A stretch of DNA of 62,581 nt, counting the filler, from Syncephalis fuscata S228 (lineage: Eukaryota > Fungi > Zoopagomycota): the NCBI GenBank assembly GCA_025786725.1. It is 4 parts of 4 records of this genome, joined end to end, with 100 filler letters (N's around TTAATTAATTAA, not from the genome) between each part and the next. Parts side by side here need not be neighbours in the genome. Positions count along the whole stretch, not along the records: positions 1 to 16,847 come from JAHLTZ010000198.1; positions 16,948 to 38,747 come from JAHLTZ010000150.1; 2 more parts are not named here. One strand, 5' to 3'. The notes beneath the pieces were generated by a model that searched no databases, was not told where the DNA came from, and was given only the letters and a program-made list of their open reading frames with translations. The position numbers were made by a program, and so were the translations under genes. Below are positions 13,598 to 23,691 of the stretch, piece after piece. The stretch's first letter is position 1. Every line of letters begins with the position of its first letter.

Positions 13598-14167
13598 ATG
13601 AATAGCAAAACGCTACTTACCTTGGCCGTATTGTTCGTCGTATCGTTGCCATCGACGTCCTTAGCCGTTGGATTTCCACCATCAAAGGATTTCAATCAAT
13701 GGTCACCAGATCCTATTGATGCCAGTGCCAATTATAAACTGTATCAACCGTATTTCCATACGTGTCTTGGCCAAACCAAAATGAATCCTTACTGGTACGA
13801 GTGCTTCGCCAGTACGAAAGAGGAAACCAAGCAAATTACTTGGAAACTCGAGCCTCATGGCGATTACTATCTATTAATTAATACACTACTACACCAATGC
13901 ATCGAAAGAACTACCGATAAAGTGGTTGTACGGACATGTGACGCACAAAATGATAAGCAACTCTGGCGTTTCAATTACGAGAAAGGATATGGCTGGCACG
14001 AAGAAAAGATTATATCAAAATACACTAATGATAAAAGCGGTCAACAGCTCGACTGTTTAACAAGCCGTGTAAAGAATGAATTCGACCAAAGTGTATTCGT
14101 GGCACCTTGTACCAACAGAATTGGTCAGACATTTGTTCGTGGCTATCAAAATACGGATGGCCTTTAA
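13598..14167 (+). CDS. Secreted ricin-B (beta-trefoil) lectin-like protein
   Basis: Likely start MNSKTLLTLAVLFVVSLPSTSLA (signal peptide); QxW-type repeats and paired Cys (CL..C..QITW; CI..CDAQNDKQLW; CL..C..GQTF). Confidence 0.7.
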   Translation: MNSKTLLTLAVLFVVSLPSTSLAVGFPPSKDFNQWSPDPIDASANYKLYQPYFHTCLGQTKMNPYWYECFASTKEETKQITWKLEPHGDYYLLINTLLHQCIERTTDKVVVRTCDAQNDKQLWRFNYEKGYGWHEEKIISKYTNDKSGQQLDCLTSRVKNEFDQSVFVAPCTNRIGQTFVRGYQNTDGL

Positions 14168-14355
14168 TATAAAATAGAGCAATAATAAATATAGCTATTA
14201 TTTTATTTTCATTTTAACCTATCAATACATCTATCAACGTGTTCTAGTTCTAGTATAAACGATTTATTCGTAATAAAGAAATAAATACACCAAAGTACTG
14301 CCTGCCATACGTACATACATAAAAGTCTTTGGATGTATAAGTTTTTTATAAAAGA

Positions 14356-15604
14356 TTACCATGTAGGTCGCGAGCCATGTTTGGCCATATCGATAATACG
14401 CCATCCACCGGTAATTGGATTTTGTAAATCTTCTTCGGTTTTGGTAAATACACAGGCATAATAGACACGTTCAATATGATCCTATTGTTATGGTAGTCAT
14501 CATTGAGGCTATATTAGTTTGATACTTGTACAACTGTTTAATTGTTACCTCTTTGCCATGTACCAATTCATCCGTTTTCTTATTTCTAAACAATATAATC
14601 TCTTGTGTATTAAAGGAGACAACAATCACTGGTATATCATTTTCCAGTAATTTGGCCGATACAAACTAATAGTGCTAGTAATTAGTACTAATAGTCTATT
14701 GCCTCTATAAACAAATATTACCTCTACATTACGTAAATCAAGAATCTTTGAATCGCTGACCAGTCCTTGTTGGATTTGTGTTTTAATGCCTGCTGTCAAC
14801 ACATTAAACGTCTATATACACGCCATCATTAGTACACTTCTACCATATTATGTGACCATCTACATACCGCCTCAGAACACCATAGACGAAGTGTATCGAG
14901 ATCGCCGTGCAAATAAGCATCAATAACCTCGGGAATAATAAATTCGCGTGCCTGCCGCATAAAAACCTCAACATTAAAGTTAGGATCAAGTGTTGCCTTC
15001 AAATGAGCAATAGCAATAGCATTCTCTGATTCAGCAAACATTGAACTAAATGTATCGGTAACACGTTCTGTAATAGATCGTGTATATTGAATTAATACAT
15101 TGTCACTATCCTCGTAATTGCGCTTCATATTAAATATTCCTAACAATGATTACATTTATTATTACCGTTACTATTATTACAATTACAGTGCTTATTAGCA
15201 TACCTTGCATTACAGTATTTTTTTCTTTAAAGCTCTTCCAGCTTTCTTTCCAGGCCGAATCTTTATGCATTACTACCGATTCACCCGCTCTATTATCATG
15301 GTACAATTAATGATCAACCTCATGTATGCTACATTTATAGTATTATCCAATAACTTACTCGGGATTGGCCTCCATTCGACGTGCACTTAATGCGTCCTGT
15401 CCGCTAATCTCATAAATTGACTTGCGTCGGTGTTCCTTTGGGATATAGCCACCGTAGCGCGAACTCGTTTCATCGACGTAGTCTTTAACCTGACCGCTAA
15501 CCTCTTTGTAGGCCTTACTTTGTCGAATTGGCTCAGTTGTTTTATCGAGTGTATCCGCCACAGCAGAAGCTGTTTTGTTAATCTATATATGAATGTATAA
15601 GCAT

Positions 15605-15647
<43 letters not shown>

Positions 15648-16204
15648 ACTCTCTATAACAACTTACCGTTTTCTTACTGGCCTGTGCAAATTTTGTATCT
15701 CCAATATCTTTTGCTACGTTACGCATCTTTTCACCAACTACATCGGCATTCTTCTTTACCTCTTCTACCGTTTTACGTAACTTTTCCGATCGAACACTGG
15801 CATCCGCCTAAAACAATAACATACAGTATTTATATGATTCACCGCTTTAACTAACTAATAGTCATTGTTACCTTTGCCTTATCAAGCACTTCCTTTGCTT
15901 TACGCATTGATTCCGATTCTGAGATTTCAGACGATTTATCCTGAAGCTGCTTTACATTTTGCTGGAATTCCTGATTCTCCTTTACTTGTTCACGAATAGA
16001 TTCCATGAATCGTGCCAAAGCACTTTTATTTCGCGTTACTATCCTAGTAGCAGCACAGCTGTTGCCAATACCACCATGGGTCATGGCTATTGACACTGGC
16101 CCATAACCACGGCTTGCCTGACGAAACAGGGACGATCCAGTAGCGGGTGTACCACGCACCAAAGACATGGCCCTGCCGGCAACTAAAAGACGCTGTGTGG
16201 CCAT
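14356..16204 (-). CDS. TIM44: Mitochondrial import inner membrane translocase subunit Tim44, multi-exon
   Basis: Arg/Ser-rich presequence; FMESIREQVKENQEFQQNVKQLQ; FIIPEVIDAYLHGDLDTLRLWCSEA; PVIVVSFNTQEI; NPITGGWRIIDMA. Confidence 0.93.
15609..15652 (+). repeat. (CT)n microsatellite inside a TIM44 intron
   Basis: Directly visible CT run. Confidence 0.85.
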
Positions 16205-16847
16205 ACTGTCAATAATGTATAGTCGTAAAAATAGACGAAGGTGGTGTAGATTTGCTTCTTCTTTTTATTCGTACCATCAATATACAAATAGTAGCTATTG
16301 ATGATCAGTCTTACTATTCACACATTTACATTCACACACACACACATTTACACCCTACAACATTATTATAAACTATTAAATTTGAAACTATTAACTTATT
16401 AATTATCAATGAATGGCCAATATAGCTTGATTTGTATAATTGCATGCTTATTCCTTCTCTATTCTCTCTCCTCTCCTCACTCACACTCATTCACACACAC
16501 TCTCTCATACCACTTATTCATATTGAACTGTCTACACCACTATTTTCATTGTTATCCTCTCATTGTCGATCAGGCTTCCTTGATCATTGTTGTTCATTCA
16601 TCCATCAAGCCAAGAGGAACGTACAGGCATAAATATACAGTTATATTAGGTACGCTGCACTCAATGTTCAGGTTGTATTTCGCGACAACTACCTTCACTG
16701 CCGCCGTCGCATACTATCGTGTATCAGCCCGTTGAAAAGAAAAGAACGCGCTTCCTTGGATAAAAAGATCATTTTTATTTTTATACTCTTTATACGGCAT
16801 ACTTTGTGGGTGGCTATCTGATCTACTTTACCAGATAGACAGATAAG

Positions 16848-16947
16848 NNNNNNNNNNNNNNNNNNNNNNNNNNNNNNNNNNNNNNNNNNNNTTAATTAAT
16901 TAANNNNNNNNNNNNNNNNNNNNNNNNNNNNNNNNNNNNNNNNNNNN
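16848..16947. other. Assembly gap with artificial TTAATTAATTAA spacer
   Basis: N44-TTAATTAATTAA-N44, identical in all three gaps. Confidence 0.97.
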
Positions 16948-18291
16948 ACAATCCAAAGCATAACAGCATGTGTGTATTTGCAGGTTTATTAAACGCTATG
17001 TACAATGTTTTGTTTTCGTGCACTACTTTCGTTTAGCGTTATTGTTCTAGCTGCATCATCAATAGTTAGATCATTGATAAACTCAATCTAACATGGTATG
17101 ACAATAATAATTTGCTATAAGCTAAACCAGTAAGCCTTTGGGCTGCTAATTGTTTTTCCATTGGCTTCTGCTTTGGCTTGTTCTTCTACATTCTATCTTG
17201 CTTAACTTGGCAGGATTGGTTTCAGAAATGTAAGCAGCACTTAGGCCTTGGATGATCATCAATTGATATGCAATCCGCCGTCATTATGCACCTAAAATTG
17301 CTGGTACTTGGTTAGTACTTTTTTTGTGTCTATTCTAGTGTCTGCATATTGTATTGCGTGTGGTTTAGCCGATCCAATCTAGTTTACAACTGAAAAGTGA
17401 TGACGAAAATGACATGTTGAAACGTTTCATTGCTCAAAATGCTGTGATGCATTATGGTACAAACAATACTTATTGTATAGTTGCTTTCAGTTGATTTAGA
17501 TTAACCGCCATTTGAATGATGGTGGTTGCACAGCATGTAGCATGATATGCCTGGATGTAATATATTTGTGAATTCAAAGCAATGATTACCCCATAATAGT
17601 GAGCATAGTGTCAAATGAAATGCACGCATGTACCAATCAACACACTTTATAATCTAGAAATTACGGCTGACCTATGTATAGCAGTAAAAACCTGTATAGA
17701 ATACCAGTTTGATACATTAAACTTGTTTTTGCATCAGTGTTGTGTGCTATTCTGTATGCATGTAGATATTGAAGACCGAGTCGATAGAAATGACAGCAAA
17801 TACATCGTTATCGTTTTTATAAAGCAAGCAATATACTTGTTTTTACCAAATAGTTAGACCGTATAACAAATAATACAGACTAATGTATCTATTTGTGTCG
17901 CATATGTATTGGATTATTACCATTACCGTTACTTATGCAAATGACTGGCAGATTGAAATAAAGACCGTGCAAGTTAAAATCAAGACTGGTCAGGTTGAAA
18001 TCAAGGCGAGAAGCATCCTATTACACCATGAAACTATTGGTACATGCACGCCGCAAACCATTAGTTCGATTGATTTATTGGTTCATATTACACATCAATG
18101 GTGTACCTCATACTACAGTATACTAGCATCCCAGTATAGTCATAAATATAAATAGCCCACAAAATATGCACAATCAATTGCAATATCATTATCACACTCT
18201 ACTTCTTGCTATAAACGCACTACTCTCCACTTTATACCAACCGCACTCTACTATTCCTTTTATTTGTTTGTCTTAACAAATCGATATCACC

Positions 18292-21200
18292 ATGAAGCTT
18301 TCCATTGCTGTCGTTTGCACCATTGTCGTGGCTATCATGGCCAGTACAGCCATGGTGGATGCTAATCCAGCCATAGTTCGTCGTGATGGTATGTTGCAAT
18401 AATAGACATGTCACAGAATCATGCTTATTAACAGTATTTTTAAATAATAATTATAATAGCCAGTAGGTTGTGCTGCGTATTAACTGACTATTCGCTAACT
18501 ATATCACGTATTGTGTATCGATAACTTAACATTAATAGTTGGTGGGTTGTATTACATATCAATAGAGCATCTACTAATTATGTACCATGTACTGTGCCCA
18601 TTAATAACTTAATATTAGAGGATTGTAAGTTATATGTATATTAACTGATCACTTACTAATTGCATGTTATACACCATGTTTATCAATGACTTCATATCAA
18701 TAGGTCGTAGGTTGTATTGTATATCAATTGACTACTTACCAATTACATGCTATGCACCCTTTGCATCAACAACTTAATACTAATAGGTCGTAAGTAATAT
18801 TGTATATTGCTAACTTATAAATTAATTTCCATTTATTATTTGTATTAAAAACCTTATTAATAGGAGGTAGGTGGTACTCTATATTAACTGATCACTCACT
18901 AATCACATGTTATACACCATGTTTATCAATGGCTTCATATCAATAGGCCGTAAGTTATATTGTATATCAATTGATTACTCACTAATTATACGTTATGCAC
19001 CATGTGTATTAACAACTTAATATTAATAGGCGGTAAGTGGTATTGTATATTGACTGGCTTATAAATTAATTGTATAACATATATTATGTATATCAACAAC
19101 CTAATACCATAGCGGGTAAGTTGTATTGTGTATTACTTGACTATGTGCTAATTCTATGCCATGCGCTACGTATATCAACAACTTGATACTAATAGCATGT
19201 AAGTTATTGTATATTAATTAAACATTGGCTAATTATATATTATGTGCTGCGTATATCAACAACTAATGCTAATAGGTTGTAAGTTGTATTGTATGTTGAT
19301 GGCGTATAAACTAATTATATATCATGTATTGCGCACATTGATAACTTAATTCCATAGTTAGTAAGTTGTATTATATATTAATTGAGTATTAACTAATTAT
19401 ATATCATGTACTATGTGTATCAATAACTTAATATAATAGAAAGTAAGTGGCATTTTATATAAGCTAATTACTCACTGATTATATTCATGTACTGTATGTA
19501 TCAATTTAATATTAATAGAATGTAAGTTGTATTGTATATTATTTTTATTTTTATTTTGAAGAGCTTGTGAGCCCCCGCTGCGCATAATTAAAGAATTTGT
19601 GCTGCTTCCCACTATATTTGGACTTTTCCAAACTTTTAACGGGTGGACTGCCACGTTTTTGCGCAAAATCTGGTCCATATAGATTTTACACGGGGGCCAT
19701 CTTCTTTTAAATGGTGCTACACAGCACTATTCTCTTGAAGTTGGTCCCAATTGGGTTTTCCTCGACTATTCTGGCCAAGGTCTTGTTTCCGGACCTACTT
19801 ATTGGGTTCTGGTTTGCAATTTGTTAACTAGAGAAAACTGGGGGGGATTTTCCACTTAAGGATTGGTTCAAACTGAGGTTTGAATCCGAAGCCTTCAGCT
19901 CGGGAGACGCTGCCTTACCAACTGGGCTAGCAACGTCCCCTTGTATTGTATATTAACTGACTACTTACTAATTATATATTGTGTATTGTGTGTATCGATA
20001 ACTCAATATTAATAGGCGGTAAGTGGTAGTATATATTAATTGACTATACATTAACTATACTATTTACTGGTGGTATTAATTATTTAATATTAATAGCTTG
20101 TAAGTTGTATTGTATATTAACTATGTTATTTACTGCTTATACTAATTATTTAATATTAATAGATTGTAAGTAGTATTGTATATTAACTATGTTATTCGCT
20201 GATTATACTAATTATTTAATGTTAATAGATTGTAAGTTGCATTGTATATCAACTATTATTTACTAATTATACTAATTATTTAATATTAATAGTCTGTAAG
20301 TTGTATTGTATATTAACTGACTATACATTAACCATGCTATTTACTAATTATACTAATTATTTAATATTAATAGCTTGTAAGTTGTATTGTATATTAACTA
20401 ACTATGCATTAACCATGCTATTTACTGGTGGTATTAATTATTTAATATTAATAGTGCGTAAGTTGTATTGTATATTAACTATGTTATTCACTGATTATAT
20501 TAATTATTTAATATTAATAGGGTGTAAGTGGCATTGTATATTAACTAACTATACATTAACCATACTATTTACTGGTGGTATTAATTATTTAATATTAATA
20601 GCCTGTAAGTTGTATTGTATATTAACTATGTTATTCACTGATTATGCTAATTATATAATATTAATAGGCAGTAAGTTGTATTGTATATTAACTAACTATA
20701 CATTAACTATGTTATTTACTTATTATACTATTATTTAATACTAATAGATGGTAAGTGATATTGCATATTAACTGACTATACATTAACTATGTTATTTACT
20801 GATAATATTAATTATTTAATATTAATAGCGGGTAGGTGTTATTGTATATTATTTAAATATACATTAACTATGTTATTTACTAATTATACCAATTATTTAA
20901 TGTTAATAGAGTGTAAGTTGTATTATATATTGACCATGCTATTTACTGATTATACCAATTATTTAATGCTAATAGGCGGTAAGTTTATTATATATTAATT
21001 AATTACTAATTGTATTAATTATTTAATATTAATAGATTGTAAGTTGTATTGTATATCAACTATGTTATTTACTGCTTATACTAATTATTTAATATTAATA
21101 GCTTGTAAGTTGTATTGTATATTAATTATGTTATTTACTGATTATACTAATTATTTAATATTAATAGATTGTAAGCAGTATTGTATATCAACTAACTATA

Positions 21201-21644
21201 CATTAACTATGTTATTTACTGGTTATACTAATTATTTAATATTAATAGGGCGTAAGTTGTATTGTGTATTAACTGACTATACATTAACCATGCTATTTAC
21301 TGGTGATATTAATTATTTAATACTAATAGGCAGTAAGTAGTATTTTATATTAACTGACATACATTAACTATGTTATTTACCGACTATACCAATATTCAAT
21401 ATTAATAGTATGTAAGTAGTATTATATATTAACTGACTGCATTAATTATACTATTTACTGATTATACTAATTATTTAATGCTAATAGGCCGTAAGTAGTA
21501 TTGTATATTAACTGACTGCATTAATTATACTATTTACTGATTATACTAATTATTTAATGCTAATAGGCCGTAAGTAGCACTGTATATTGATGTCTTATAT
21601 GTTAATTATATGACATATAATATCTATTTGTAAATACAGCATAA
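18292..21644 (+). CDS. 38-exon micro-exon gene for a secreted cysteine-rich peptide precursor (70 aa): MKLSIAVVCTIVVAIMASTAMVDANPAIVRR-DAIEDCRRGRAACFKKCAYYFSLRSCNAECDSYWRICRP
   Basis: Exon 1 18292-18388. Micro-exons (start:sequence) 18460 CCA, 18539 TTG, 18619 AGGATT, 18704 GTC, 18787 GTC, 18864 GAG, 18947 GCC, 19030 GCG, 19113 CGG, 19196 CAT, 19276 GTT, 19358 TTA, 19440 AAA, 19519 AAT, 20016 GCG, 20097 CTT, 20163 ATT, 20229 ATT, 20293 TCT, 20374 CTT, 20455 TGC, 20521 GGT, 20602 CCT, 20668 GCA, 20748 ATG, 20829 CGG, 20910 AGT, 20976 GCG, 21036 ATT, 21102 CTT, 21168 ATT, 21249 GGC, 21330 GCA, 21409 TAT, 21488 GCC, 21567 GCC. Last exon 21640 CA-TAA. Each micro-exon is preceded by TAG and followed by GTAAGT, GTAGGT, GTGGGT or GTAAGC. 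No in-frame stop; symmetric 6-Cys pattern. Confidence 0.85.
18450..21590 (+). repeat. Tandem array of ~60-85 bp units, each one intron plus one micro-exon
   Basis: Consensus GTAAGTTGTATTGTATATTAACT...ACTAATTATTTAATATTAATAG-NNN; periods mostly 79-83 or 66 bp. Confidence 0.95.
19542..19940 (-). mobile_element. tRNA-derived SINE (~400 bp) with 15-bp target-site duplication, antisense in intron 15 of the micro-exon gene
   Basis: TSD TTGTATTGTATATTA at 19527-19541 and 19941-19955. Minus-strand head GGGGACGTTGCTAGCCCAGTTGGTAAGGC... has an A box (TAGCCCAGTTGG) and a B-box-like GGATTCAAACC; 3' tail AAAATAAAAATAAAAA. Removing 414 bp restores the 83-bp unit period. Confidence 0.8.
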
Positions 21645-22804
21645 TCAATGGTTGCAAGACATTAGCATTAATAGTGCAATCAAATCACTATTCCAATACA
21701 CTTTAGGTATATATTCGGTGAAAAGCAAGACCATTTGACAACTACGCCGTCCTGTCTATCCATATAAGTTTTGGCCAATGCTCCGGTTTATCCAGTTTTT
21801 AATTAATGGAATCATTATTTTATCAACAAGCTTGCATTTAGCTGTTTTTATTCAACTGTGCAGGCATATAGTAATAGACTTGTGGTTTCATCTTAACTGT
21901 ATACAATCAAATTGCTATATCAATAACCATGTTTTATTTGCATCCAATAATGGCAATTATTGATCAAATAGTTAAATTAACAAAAGACATGCACAATTAT
22001 ATTTTATTAGCCATAAGCATAGGATGGTATGAATATGGTAATGTTAAATATGGATATTGTAATGATAAATGTTGGCAATAAAGTTGGCTGTGCTTATTTT
22101 TAAATATACCATGGATAGTAACAAATCTATCACTATCATATAAGAAAATGATATTGTACCAATATTGATATAGAATAAGCATCGATTGCTAACAACTTGG
22201 CACTACATTGTGACGACTAGCAACTTAATGGCTACCGTCTTGTTTACGCTTACTTCTATCATCCAAGCATTAGTGGCTACTAATTAATTGCTTAATATAA
22301 CATGAACCGATGTTATTATAAAATAAACAATAAATGATTTTCCTTTTAATTATTGATTACCATAGTTAAGCTTTTAATAACTAAATAACATTTGTAACTA
22401 AAGCAGAAAAAAGAATACAGCACCAAAGATATAGATGTGTATTATAATTCCAATAAAGCTAGTGTTTTATAGTATATACTGTTGTTAATAGAATTGAACT
22501 TTGTCCATAAGGTTGCTTATATGTCAGTAGATAACAAGTATTTACTGGTTATGTCCTTGTATAAATGTTTGTTTATGATTGTTAGTACTAGTATTTAGTA
22601 TATTGTTGCTGTGGCTATTTATATGTTATCATTGGCATATTGTTTAATTACATAGTGGACTTTATGGATCAATTTCATGGTAGATAATTACGCGACCATA
22701 ATACTGTAATTCGGTGCCGTAAAAATGTAATATTTATATATTTTTAATAACTATGGCCATTATAAAGATGTAATGTGTTTGTTTCTAACAATCAAGCTAT
22801 TCCA

Positions 22805-23691
22805 AAAAATGATTTCAACATAACTAGGTAGTAAATGTTAATATGGCATTACAAATCATGTATAACTTTACATATAATAAAGCAAACCACTTAATATTGT
22901 GCACAAGTATACACACGACATATAGATAGCTACTGGCAAATTACACTGCGGCTGTATTGCGTGATGATGTAATAGTTGTGATAATAGGCTAGTAAATGTG
23001 TAAAATGGCCATTTTTTACCAACCATGAACTATATAACTAAACGATATCAAAATAATTGCCAAATTCGTGTTCTCCATGCTTAGTTATACAGATTGGTAT
23101 GATTTATAGAACGCCGATTTTTGCAAAAAAAGTTCGCCAAAAATGCAACTTGCATGTTATTAATTAACGAAAAGTGCTTAAACTTTGTGACTTTAATACT
23201 TTTAATGTTAAGAATTAAATTTGGGCTAGAGTAAATCTAAAGCGCTCTATAATACTAGACAATTATAATAGCAAGCTAGTATGCAGAAATACCAATGTAA
23301 AGTGGCAATATATGTTATATACATACATGTATCTAATTATACGTAAATTGCATTTTTGGCAAACTTTTTTTGCAAAAACCGGCGTTCTATAAATCATACC
23401 AATCTGTATAACTAAGCATGGAGAACACGAATCCGGCAATTATTTTGATATCCTTTAGTTATATAGTTTATGGTTGGTAAAAAATGGCCATTTTACACAT
23501 TTACTAGCCTATTATCACAACTATTACATCATCACGCAATACAGCCGCAGTGTAATTTGCTAGTAGCTATCTATATGTCGCGTGTATACTTGTGCACAAT
23601 ATCAAGTGATTTGCTTTATTATATGTAAAGTTATACATGATTTGTAACGCCATATTAACATTTACTACCTAGTTATGTTGAAATCATTTTT
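22805..23691. mobile_element. Foldback/MITE-like non-autonomous element with ~345-bp inverted repeats
   Basis: 22805-~23149 is the near-perfect reverse complement of ~23348-23691; ~200-bp AT-rich spacer; no ORF; no TSD identified. Confidence 0.7.

Noticed and set aside
16892-16903. TTAATTAATTAA palindrome inside N runs (also in the other two gaps)
   Set aside because: Artificial contig linker with stops in all frames; adjacency across the gaps is therefore not guaranteed.
19860-19940. Functional tRNA gene
   Set aside because: Has A/B boxes but no complete cloverleaf; flanked by a TSD and an A-rich tail, so it is a SINE head.
20301-21340. ORFs 20301-20738, 20789-20998 and 21044-21340 (repetitive hydrophobic YCILT/NYLILI peptides)
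   Set aside because: Read-through of intron repeats whose periods are multiples of 3; the splice-site pattern explains the region better.
18450-21590. CRISPR-like array interpretation
   Set aside because: Eukaryotic context, variable parts only 3 nt, no cas genes; the conserved parts are spliceosomal signals.
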